The notes below the pieces were generated by a model. The model saw only the letters and a program-made list of their open reading frames with translations, was not told the origin of the DNA and made no database searches. From assembly GCA_965224085.1 (NCBI GenBank), contig CBDCYI010000011.1, forward strand, positions 128,001-192,000: DNA of 64,000 nt, in the 5' to 3' direction. The DNA is from Candidatus Marinacidobacterales bacterium. Lineage in GTDB: Bacteria; Acidobacteriota; Vicinamibacteria; Marinacidobacterales; SMYC01. This document shows, in pieces, positions 9,592 through 18,545 of this stretch. The position numbers and the translations under genes are program-made. Each line of letters starts with the position of its first letter. Positions within the stretch are counted from its first letter, which is position 1.

Positions 9592-10722
9592 ATGAAGATC
9601 ACGGACGTCGAGACCATCCCGCTGCGGCTTGCCGAAGTACGGCCGAACGGCGACGGATTGCAGGACGTCCTCATCCTTCGTGTTCACACCGACGAAGGCA
9701 TCACCGGGATTGGAGAGGCCCATACCTCCCCACTGGCGCTGAAGGCGATCATCGATGCCCCCATCTCGCAGCTCACCGGACAGGGGCTTCGGCAGCTTCT
9801 CCTCGGCAAGGACCCTCTCCGCATCAACGAGCTCTGGGACCTCATGTACGAGCACACCTCGACGTTCGGTCGGCGCGGGGCCGTCATCCACGCAATGAGC
9901 GGGATCGATATCGCCCTCTGGGACATTCTGGGCAAGGTGACCGGCCTTCCGCTCTATCAGCTTCTCGGCGGGGCGAGGAGGGACCGTGTCCGGGTCTATG
10001 CCAGTGATCTCACACCCGAAGACAAGACTCGAGTCGTACCGCGGGCCAAAGAACTGTTCGACCAGGGCTACACCGGGATGAAATTCGGGTGGGGGACGCT
10101 GGGCCAAAACGTGCGCGAGGACGCGCGTTGGGTAAACGAGCTCCGCCGTGGCGTCGGACCGAAGGTCGACCTCATGGTCGATATGGGTGCTGCCATCTCC
10201 TTTGGAGACGCGCTGTGGCTCGGCAACGCGCTCGCCGAAGACAACGTCTATTTCCTGGAGGAGCCGCTCTCGCCCGACAATCTCGACGGGTTCGCCGAAC
10301 TCGTGGCTGCTTCGCCAACCGCCATCGCCACAGGCGAGAAGGAGACGACACGCTTCGGGTTCCGGGATCTCATGGAACGAGGAAAGCTGCGGATCATCCA
10401 GCCGGATATCGCCCGTGTCGGCGGCATCACGGAGATCCGGCGGATCGCCGCTCTAGCCGAGATACGAAACGTGCGCGTGATCCCTCATTGCTGGGCCACC
10501 GACATTCTCGTCAGCGCCACGCTCCACTTTCTCGTCACCCAGGCCGATGCGCCCTATCAGGAGCTCAACGTCACCGAGAACCCTCTTCGGCGGAAGCTTC
10601 TCCGAGAGCCTCTCGTCCCTCGAGACGGGTTTCTCGCCGTTCCCCAGGCGCCCGGGCTCGGCATCGAGCTCGATGAGAAAACGCTCGAGACCTACTGGTG
10701 GAATCCTCGGAGAACGAGATGA
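9592..10722 (+). CDS. Mandelate racemase/muconate lactonizing enzyme (enolase superfamily) dehydratase
   Basis: SGIDIALWDILGK, KFGWG, MVD..EEP..GE metal ligands, QPDIARVGG, IPH, PGLGIELD. Confidence 0.9.
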   Translation: MKITDVETIPLRLAEVRPNGDGLQDVLILRVHTDEGITGIGEAHTSPLALKAIIDAPISQLTGQGLRQLLLGKDPLRINELWDLMYEHTSTFGRRGAVIHAMSGIDIALWDILGKVTGLPLYQLLGGARRDRVRVYASDLTPEDKTRVVPRAKELFDQGYTGMKFGWGTLGQNVREDARWVNELRRGVGPKVDLMVDMGAAISFGDALWLGNALAEDNVYFLEEPLSPDNLDGFAELVAASPTAIATGEKETTRFGFRDLMERGKLRIIQPDIARVGGITEIRRIAALAEIRNVRVIPHCWATDILVSATLHFLVTQADAPYQELNVTENPLRRKLLREPLVPRDGFLAVPQAPGLGIELDEKTLETYWWNPRRTR

Positions 10723-11729
10723 TGAAGAAGCGAAAGCTCGCACGCCGGGTAACTGCCGTATCTCTAGCGCTGGCAGCAATTATTGCTGCCACATCTGTGG
10801 GCTGCCAGGCGCCGGACGGGATAGCTCAAATCCAGTTCATTTCGGGAAGTCCCACCGGCGGGTGGTTCCCGGTGGCCTCGGCCGTTGCTGATTTGACCAA
10901 CGCTCTTTACGAGGGTCACCCGATCTCCGTGATCCCGGGAGCCGGGGGTGTCGGAAACCCGCTTCGGGTGGGCTCAGGGCAGTCTGACATCGGCCTCTCC
11001 TATGGCCCCTTTCTCCGCCTCGCTCGAGAAGGCGGAAACGAGACCTACCAGAAGGCCTTTCCGAACCTGCGGGCGGTGAGCGCCATGATCACCAACAAGC
11101 TGCATCTGGTCAAAAGCGGTGACTCGGACGACTCCGGCCTCGCCCGGTTGACCTCTGAGAAGCCTCGCTTGAGGGTGGGCACCGGACCCGTCGGCTCCGC
11201 TGAGCTCTTCGTTTTTGGTGAGGTTTTGAAACGGTACGGAGCCTCCTACGACGATATTGAACACTGGGGCGGGCGCGTCGATCGGGTGAACACCGGGGGC
11301 CGATCGGACGCGTGGAGGAACCGCCAGCTCGATCTAGTGAGTTTTTTCATCAACGACCCGGCGCCGCGCGTCATCGAGCTCCTGTCGGCCCGTGACAGCT
11401 CGAGGCTCGTCAACCTCGATGAGCACGTACGCCAGGATCTGGCCGGAGATTGGGGAATGCTCGATCTGCGCATTCCCGCCGGCCGATATCCCAACCAGCA
11501 CGAGGACGTACGGACGGTGGGTATGCCCTATGTCGTTTTCACGACCACGCAGCTCGATGCCGACATCGTCTACAACCTCACCCGGGTGATCGCCGAGAAT
11601 CGAGAGCGACTGGTTGCCGCTCACTCGGCGTTCCAGGATTGGGAGCCGGAGGACATGCTTCGTGGCGTGGGTATCGCTTTGCACGAAGGCGCCGAGCGCT
11701 ATTACCGAGAGCGCGGCTGGATCGAGTAG
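10719..11729 (+). CDS. TAXI-family TRAP transporter solute-binding protein
   Basis: Signal/lipoprotein N-terminus, GSPTGGWF, IPAGRYP, LHEGAERYYRERG. Confidence 0.9.
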   Translation: MMKKRKLARRVTAVSLALAAIIAATSVGCQAPDGIAQIQFISGSPTGGWFPVASAVADLTNALYEGHPISVIPGAGGVGNPLRVGSGQSDIGLSYGPFLRLAREGGNETYQKAFPNLRAVSAMITNKLHLVKSGDSDDSGLARLTSEKPRLRVGTGPVGSAELFVFGEVLKRYGASYDDIEHWGGRVDRVNTGGRSDAWRNRQLDLVSFFINDPAPRVIELLSARDSSRLVNLDEHVRQDLAGDWGMLDLRIPAGRYPNQHEDVRTVGMPYVVFTTTQLDADIVYNLTRVIAENRERLVAAHSAFQDWEPEDMLRGVGIALHEGAERYYRERGWIE

Positions 11730-11762
11730 CGAGGCGCCGGCCGCTGGCAGGCGGATCCTTTG

Positions 11763-13742
11763 ATGGTGAATCCCTCCCAGACCCCATCCGTAGACACCCA
11801 GCCAACTGAGCTGGAAGCGCTTCGGGACCGTGTCTTTCCCAAGGCACAGAGACGTCTCACGGGACCTCTTCGAGCCATCGTCACCGTGGCCAGCGTGGGA
11901 CTGACCGTCTTCACGCTCTATATGGGTTTTCACATCACGCTCGGTCCCATCGTCACGCGGGCCGCACACCTGATGGTGGTCATCCCTCTCGCGTTTCTTC
12001 TCTATCCGGCCCGGAAGCGGCTTCCCCACGGTGGGCCCTCGCCGGTCGACTATGCGCTGGCTGCCGCTGCTGGCGCCGCTTTCGCTTGGGCCATCGTGAG
12101 CGCCGAGCGCTTCGAAGCTCGCTTCGCCTACTACGATCCCGTCGAGCCCCTCGACTTCGTCTTCGGTGTGGTGGCGCTCGTCACCGTGTTCGAAGCAACG
12201 AGGCGCACCGTGGGAAGCACCATTGTGGTGCTCAACCTCGTTTTCATGGTCTATGCCCTCACCGGCCCTTACTGGCCGGGCGTACTCCAGCACAAGGGCA
12301 CGAGCTTTCCCTTTCTCATCGAGCACCTGTACATGCTGAGCGATGGCCTGTTCAACTTCATCACCGGCATCATGGCCACCTTCCTCTTCACATTTCTCGC
12401 GTTCGGCGCTTTCCTGAGGGTCTCGGGCGCCGATCGTTTCTTCACCGACTTCGCCTTTGCGGTGGCGGGGAACCGAAGGGGAGGGCCGGCCAAGGTGGCG
12501 ATCATCTCGAGCGCCCTGATGGGGATGCTTTCCGGTAGCACCGTTTCGAACGTGGCCACCACCGGCACCATGACCATCCCGATGATGATCCGGATGGGTT
12601 TCAAGCCGCACGAGGCGGGGGCCATCGAGTCCACCGCCTCGTTGGGCGGGGCCCTCATGCCCCCTCTCATGGGCGCCGGTGTCTTCATCATGGCCGCCTT
12701 CACCGGCGTCCCACTCGTCACCATCCTCGGCTATTCGATTCTTCCCGCCGTTCTCTATTTCGCCTCGATCTACTTCCACGTCGACTCCAAGGCGCGAAAG
12801 GAGGGCATCAAGCCCATCCCCTTAGAGCAGCTTCCCCGGGTCGCGGAGGTGGCGAAAACCCAGGGCCACGTCGTGCTGCCGATTCTCGTTCTGATCTCGC
12901 TTCTCCTCATGGACTACACGCCGTTTTTCGCCAGCTCGGCCAGCGTTCTCACCATCGTCGCCGTGAGCATGCTTCGGCAGTCCACCCGGTTGACGCCTCC
13001 GAAACTGCTCGCCGCTCTGGAGGCCACCACGCGGGTCGCCGTCACGGTGAGCTCGCTTTCGGCCAGCGCCGCGGTGATCTACGGCGTCATCACCGCCACC
13101 GGCCTTCTGGTCAAGGTCACTTCGATCCTCCTTTCGGCGGCGGATGGCTCCGTTTTCATCGCCATCGTCCTCATTGCCGCCATGTCCTACATCCTGGGGA
13201 TGGGGCTTCCGGTGACCGCCTCCTACGTTCTTATCGCGGCGCTGGGAGCTCCGGCGCTCGCCGATATGGGGCTTCCGATCCTCGCCGCCCATCTCATCAT
13301 CTTCTGGTTCAGCCAGGATTCCACGATTACCCCTCCCATCTGCATGACGGCCTTCGTGGCGGCCAGCATTGCCGAGGCGTCCCCGATGCGGACGGGATGG
13401 GAGTGCGTCCGGATGGCCAAAGCTCTCTACATACTCCCGTTCATGTTCGCCTTCTCCGGCCTGCTCTCGGAATCCCCTACCGAGATATTCTTCGACTTCG
13501 CCGTTCTGTTCTGCGCCCTTGCGCTCCTGCCACTGGCGATCGAGGGCTACTGGACGAGGCCTTTGCACCTCCTCGAGCGCGCTATTTTTTCCTTGGTGAG
13601 CGCGGGCTTTCTCAAATCGGCCCTCGGGCCGGCAGAGGCCGGATGGCCATGGGCGGTGGTGATGTCGATCGTCGCCGGCGCGACGCTCGTGCGCTCCGCC
13701 CGACGAGCCGAGAGCGAGGATCGAGAAAGCATTGAGCAATAA
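11763..13742 (+). CDS. TRAP transporter fused 4TM/12TM permease
   Basis: GGPAKVA, SGSTVSNVATTG, MPPLMGAG, LGMGLP, ITPP; highly hydrophobic. Confidence 0.92.
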   Translation: MVNPSQTPSVDTQPTELEALRDRVFPKAQRRLTGPLRAIVTVASVGLTVFTLYMGFHITLGPIVTRAAHLMVVIPLAFLLYPARKRLPHGGPSPVDYALAAAAGAAFAWAIVSAERFEARFAYYDPVEPLDFVFGVVALVTVFEATRRTVGSTIVVLNLVFMVYALTGPYWPGVLQHKGTSFPFLIEHLYMLSDGLFNFITGIMATFLFTFLAFGAFLRVSGADRFFTDFAFAVAGNRRGGPAKVAIISSALMGMLSGSTVSNVATTGTMTIPMMIRMGFKPHEAGAIESTASLGGALMPPLMGAGVFIMAAFTGVPLVTILGYSILPAVLYFASIYFHVDSKARKEGIKPIPLEQLPRVAEVAKTQGHVVLPILVLISLLLMDYTPFFASSASVLTIVAVSMLRQSTRLTPPKLLAALEATTRVAVTVSSLSASAAVIYGVITATGLLVKVTSILLSAADGSVFIAIVLIAAMSYILGMGLPVTASYVLIAALGAPALADMGLPILAAHLIIFWFSQDSTITPPICMTAFVAASIAEASPMRTGWECVRMAKALYILPFMFAFSGLLSESPTEIFFDFAVLFCALALLPLAIEGYWTRPLHLLERAIFSLVSAGFLKSALGPAEAGWPWAVVMSIVAGATLVRSARRAESEDRESIEQ

Positions 13743-13800
13743 CGCGAAGTCCGTTATTATCGCGAGTCGGAACGTTTCAGCCGGCTGAAGGAGCAAACAC

Positions 13801-14715
13801 ATGAACAATGGCAAGGTTGACTGGAAGGGGAATTTCGTGGCGCTCGTTACTCCCTTCACCAAAGAGGGTGACGTCGACGAGAAGAAGTTCATCGAGAACA
13901 TCGAGCTTCTGCTCTCGGAAGGCGTTCACGGCGTCATCGTCTCGGGATGCACCGGCGAGTCCTGGTCTCTCGAATCTTCCGAGAAAGAGCGACTGTACCG
14001 GATCGCCGTGGATACCGTTAAGGGAAGGGCCACCGTAATCGCGGGCACGGGCGGGATCGTGACCCGCAGCGTGGTCGCGTTGTCGAAAGGGGCCAAGGAA
14101 GCGGGCGTGGACGGGGTCATGATCCTCCCACCCTACTACGCCATGATCAACGAGGAAGAAGTGATCGCTCACTATCGGGCCATCTCGGACGAGGCCCGGG
14201 TTCCGATCCTTCTCTACAACATTCCGCGTCGCACCGGCGTCAACCTGACGCCGGAGCTCTGTGAAGAGCTGGCGGAGCTCGACTACGTGGTGGCCATCAA
14301 AGAGAGTTCCAACGATTTCGTACAGGTGGAAGCGACGCTGGCCGCTCTCGGCGACCGGATGCTGGTGTTCACCGGTCACTCGGCCGAGCGTGGCGTAGCA
14401 GCGGTGCTCCTCGGCTGTCAGGGTTACGTCAGCAGCATGGAATCCCAGGTCATGGGCCGCGGGGCGATCCCTCTATACGAGCTCGCCGCATCGGGAAAGG
14501 TCGACGAGGCGCGGAAGATGCAAATGAGAACGCTTCAGCTCGACCAGGCCATGCGTAAAGTCGGCACCTTTCCCGCGAATTTGAAGGCTGCGATGAACAT
14601 CCTGGGCCGGGCGGGCGGCTACGTACGAGCGCCGATTCTCGGGTTGAGCGAAGCCGAGGTGGAGCGCGTCCGGTCCATTCTCGACGGCCTCGACCTGCTC
14701 GAAACGGCGGCATAA
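13801..14715 (+). CDS. DHDPS-family protein (paralog 2)
   Basis: ALVTPF, GCTGE, YNIPRRTG, AIKESS. Confidence 0.9.
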   Translation: MNNGKVDWKGNFVALVTPFTKEGDVDEKKFIENIELLLSEGVHGVIVSGCTGESWSLESSEKERLYRIAVDTVKGRATVIAGTGGIVTRSVVALSKGAKEAGVDGVMILPPYYAMINEEEVIAHYRAISDEARVPILLYNIPRRTGVNLTPELCEELAELDYVVAIKESSNDFVQVEATLAALGDRMLVFTGHSAERGVAAVLLGCQGYVSSMESQVMGRGAIPLYELAASGKVDEARKMQMRTLQLDQAMRKVGTFPANLKAAMNILGRAGGYVRAPILGLSEAEVERVRSILDGLDLLETAA

Positions 14716-14744
14716 TCGGCCGCCAGAGGCAGTGGTCCGGGCTC

Positions 14745-15674
14745 ATGTCGACCTCGAGCCGACCCATCGGGGGCAACGTTCCCGCCGTGGTGACCCCGTT
14801 CGACGAGGCGGGAGAGCTCCTTGTGGACGACTTCGCGGAAATCGTCCGATGGCACCTCGCAAACGGCGCCGACGGCATTTGCATCGCCGGTGACAACGGG
14901 GAGGCGTGGGCCCTCACCCTCGAAGATCGCAGGCGCATCGCCGAGACGGCGGTGAATGTCGTTTCGGGAACGGTGCCGCTCGTCATGGGTGCGAGCGCCC
15001 CGACCGCCCGAGAGACCGTCGCCCTGGCGGAGGTCGCCGCCGAGGCTGGCGTGGACGCCATCATGACCGGACCCCAGGCCTATGTCTTGAAGGCCACCAG
15101 CCGGGAGATCGTCGGTCGATTCGAGGCCATCTACCAGGCCGTGCCGTTGCCCATCCTGCTCTACAACTCACCGCGCCGTACCGGCCTCAACTTGGACATC
15201 ACGACTTTCGGGGCCATCTGCGATGCGGTGCCGCTGGTCGGCGTGAAAGAAGCATCTCGTGATTTTTTTCACCTCACCCACATCATTCACCACTTCGGCA
15301 AGCAAGTTCCCGTTCTCATCGGTCCTTGTCCCTTCATCTTCCCCGGCCTGGCTCTGGGGGCGCGAGGCTTCATCTCGACCGGGCCCGAGCTCTTCGGCAA
15401 AGCGGCGGCCCGCATCCGCGCCATGGCGAGCGAGAATCCCTCGGAAGAAAGTCGCGAGTTCCACTACCGCCTCACCCGCATCTACGAGACCTTGATGCGA
15501 ACCGGTACCTGGCCTGCCGCCATCAAAGCAGCCCTCAACCTCCTCGGCGTTCCGGCCGGGTTGCCACGGGAGCCCGTTCAGCCCTTGACCGCGGACGACC
15601 GGGAGAAGCTGGAGCGAGTGATGGGGGAGCTTTACTTGCTCGACGACACAAGGAAGCATGCGGGGGCGTCCTGA
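14745..15674 (+). CDS. DHDPS-family protein (paralog 3, GDNGE variant)
   Basis: AVVTPF, GDNGE, YNSPRRTG, GVKEAS. Confidence 0.88.
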   Translation: MSTSSRPIGGNVPAVVTPFDEAGELLVDDFAEIVRWHLANGADGICIAGDNGEAWALTLEDRRRIAETAVNVVSGTVPLVMGASAPTARETVALAEVAAEAGVDAIMTGPQAYVLKATSREIVGRFEAIYQAVPLPILLYNSPRRTGLNLDITTFGAICDAVPLVGVKEASRDFFHLTHIIHHFGKQVPVLIGPCPFIFPGLALGARGFISTGPELFGKAAARIRAMASENPSEESREFHYRLTRIYETLMRTGTWPAAIKAALNLLGVPAGLPREPVQPLTADDREKLERVMGELYLLDDTRKHAGAS

Positions 15675-15680
15675 ACGGCG

Positions 15681-16526
15681 ATGAGCCTCCACTTCCGTCC
15701 CCTCAACGAGGTGATCGGCGCCGAGGTCCTGGGAGTCGATCTATCCCAGCCCATGAGCGACGAGACGTTCGAGCGAGTTCACCAAACGTGGCTCGAGAGA
15801 ACGATTCTCTTGTTTCGCGGACAGAAGACGTCCGTCGAAGAGCACATCGCCTTCACCCGGCGCCTCGGCGATCTCGAGATCCACACCCTCCCGCAATATA
15901 CCTTGCCGTCCCATCCGGAGATCTTCGTCGTATCGAACGTGACAAAAGACGGGCGCCCCATCGGAGCACCGAAGAGCGGTCATCACTGGCACAGCGATTC
16001 CCAATACCTCAAGAAGCCGAGCGCCGGCTCCCTGCTCCACGCCCGGGAGGTTCCTGCCGAGGGGGGCGACACCCTGTTCACCAATCTCTTCGCCGCCTAC
16101 GACGCACTGCCCGAGGAGACGAAGCGGAAGATCGAGGGGCTCAAGGTCCTGCACAGCCGCGTCAAAGCCTGGTCGATCAGCTACCCCGACCGTGCTCCGA
16201 TGACCGAGGAGGAAAAGGCGAGAGTCCCCGACGTGATCCACCCCCTGGTTCGTACGCACCCCGAGACGGGACGAAAGGCCCTTTGGGTCGGCGGCAACGT
16301 CGCCTGGGAGATCGTGGGAATGCACGAAGAAGAAGGTCGAGCCCTGATTCGTGAGCTCCGGAAGTTCGCCATCCAGTCACGCTTCGTCTACCGGCACAAG
16401 TGGAGGGTGGGCGACGCCATCCTGTGGGACAACCGCTCGACCATGCATTGCGCCACGCCCTTCGACGAAGAGAGGTACCGGCGCGTCATGTACCGCACGA
16501 CCGTCGCCGGGGGCGAGCCGTTCTGA
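15681..16526 (+). CDS. TauD/TfdA Fe(II)/2-oxoglutarate dioxygenase
   Basis: WHSD (HxD), GGDTLF, HPLVRTHPETGRK, WDNRSTMH, RVMYRTT. Confidence 0.92.
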   Translation: MSLHFRPLNEVIGAEVLGVDLSQPMSDETFERVHQTWLERTILLFRGQKTSVEEHIAFTRRLGDLEIHTLPQYTLPSHPEIFVVSNVTKDGRPIGAPKSGHHWHSDSQYLKKPSAGSLLHAREVPAEGGDTLFTNLFAAYDALPEETKRKIEGLKVLHSRVKAWSISYPDRAPMTEEEKARVPDVIHPLVRTHPETGRKALWVGGNVAWEIVGMHEEEGRALIRELRKFAIQSRFVYRHKWRVGDAILWDNRSTMHCATPFDEERYRRVMYRTTVAGGEPF

Positions 16527-16642
16527 TCCCCGGTCCGGAAAGGAGAGAGCCCATGCGGTCGGAGTTGGGAGTTCCTGGGAGCTCTAGCCATCGTCCTGCT
16601 CACGCTCATGGCGTTGCAGACGTCGGTCATCGTTGAAGAGGG

Positions 16643-18445
16643 ATGGGTTTGACGAGCCGTGAGCTTCGCCGCGGACAGGAAAAGCCCCTTCGGGGAGGAA
16701 AAAACGGCCGGAGTCCTCTGGCAATGGCCGTGGGGGCAGCGTTTCTAGGTGGCCATGTCCTGGCGTCACCGGTACAAACTTCAGGAGGCTCCGTGATCGA
16801 GCTGAACGTCGGCTCCCTGCAAACGGGATCCTCCCGGCCTCTGGCCATCTCGCCGGACGGGGCACTGCTGGTCGTTGCTGCTTTCGAGCACGGATCGACA
16901 CGGCTCTACGTCGGAGAGCTCGATCGTTTCGATGCCCGCCCGATTCCCGGCAGCGAGGGAGCCCAAAATCCGTTCTTCTCTCCCGATGGCAAGTGGATCG
17001 GTTTCTTTGCCGACGGCGAGCTGAGAAAGATCGAGCTGACCCGAGGGTCGTCCCATACGATTTGCTAGGCGCCTGCCGACAGCCGGGGCGCGGCCTGGGG
17101 CCCTGACGACTACATCGTGTTCGCTCCCAGTGGTGCGTCGGGCCTCCATCGAGTCTCCGCAGATGGAGGTGCGCCCACGGTACTGACAACTCCCGAATCC
17201 GATCAGGGTGAGCACAGTCACCGTTGGCCCGAAATCCTGCCGGGCGGAAAGAACGTTCTGTTCACCGTATGGGGAAGCTACGAGGCGAAGGACGCGCCCA
17301 TCGCAGTGCTCTCCCTCGAAACGGGGGAGCGCAAACGGCTTCTTCGCGGAGGTACAGACGCCCGCTACGCACCGACCGGGCACCTCGTGTACGCAAAGCT
17401 CGCGGGACTCTTTGCGGTTCCGTTCGACCTCGAGGCCCTTCGCGTGGTCGGCCCCGAGACGGCGTTGCCGCAGAAGGTCCCGGCTCATCCGGTCTCTGGA
17501 GTCGCGAACTTCGCGATCGCTCGCAATGGGGCTCTCGTCTACGTCGAGAGAGGGATAGCCGCGGACCACCTGCTCGTCTGGGTCGATCGGCGCGGGAAGT
17601 CGACGCCGGTGTCCGATCTCCGTCAGGACTTCTGGTATCCACGCGTTTCCCCGGACGGACGGATCGCGGTGCGCATCGTCGAGGAGAGCGGCCGCCGCGA
17701 CATCTGGATCTACGAGGGGGAGAAACGTCGCCGGTTGATTCCCACGTACGAGGGCGAGAACCTCTTCCCGGCCTGGACGCCGGACGGGAAGCGGGTGACG
17801 TTCAACTCGGAGCGGGAAGGAAGCCTGGGTCTCTATTCGAGAGCGGTGGAGGGAGGCGCTACCGAAAAGCTCCTGTCTCGAGACAACCAACAGGTGCCCG
17901 GTTCGTGGTCGCGCGACGGCCGGTTCCTCGCGTTGTACGAAGTCCATCCGTCCACGCAACGGGATATCTGGGTCCTTCCCATGGAGGGTGAGCGTCAACC
18001 GAGACCTCTCGTGGTGACTCCCTTCAACGAGCTAGCCCCCATGTTCTCGCCGGACGGCCGATGGATTGCCTTCGTGTCGAACCGCTCCGGCCGGAATGAG
18101 GTCTACCTGCTCCCGTTTCCCGGGCCCGGTGAGCCGGTCCAGATCACGACCGCGGGCGGGGCCGAGGCAGTCTGGGGGCCAGACGGCTCGGAGCTCTTCT
18201 ATCGAGAGGGGAGCTGGTTGATGAGGGTTTCCATCGCGTCGGAGCCCGAGCTCGAGGTGGGGGAGCCACAAGTGTTGTTCGAGGGAGTCTATCGCACGAA
18301 CGCTTATGGCAATCCATCATACGACGTCGCTCCGGACGCTCAGAGGTTCCTGATGATTCTTTCCGGGAGCGAATCGAAAGCGCGCTTGAAAGTCGCGACC
18401 GGCTGGTTTGCGGAGCTGCAACGACGGGTGCCGACGAATCGCTAA
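16643..18445 (+). pseudogene. TolB-like PD40 beta-propeller protein with one in-frame TAG (17066-17068)
   Basis: ORFs 16643-17068 and 17117-18445 share a frame and contain repeated FSPDG motifs. The product resembles the extracellular half of Ser/Thr kinase-propeller proteins; no kinase domain is seen. Confidence 0.75.
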
Positions 18446-18545
18446 TATACAGTTTCTAGCGCCAGCCTCTCCCAAACAGCCGCCCTTCCACCGTGCCCAA
18501 CCCATTCGTTCGATCCGCCGAGAATGAGCTCGTAATATTTCAACT

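Noticed and set aside
11334-13901. Long antisense ORFs (481 and 359 aa) and many similar shadow ORFs across the window
   Set aside because: They overlap well-supported genes on the opposite strand, have no motifs, and are expected in high-GC DNA.
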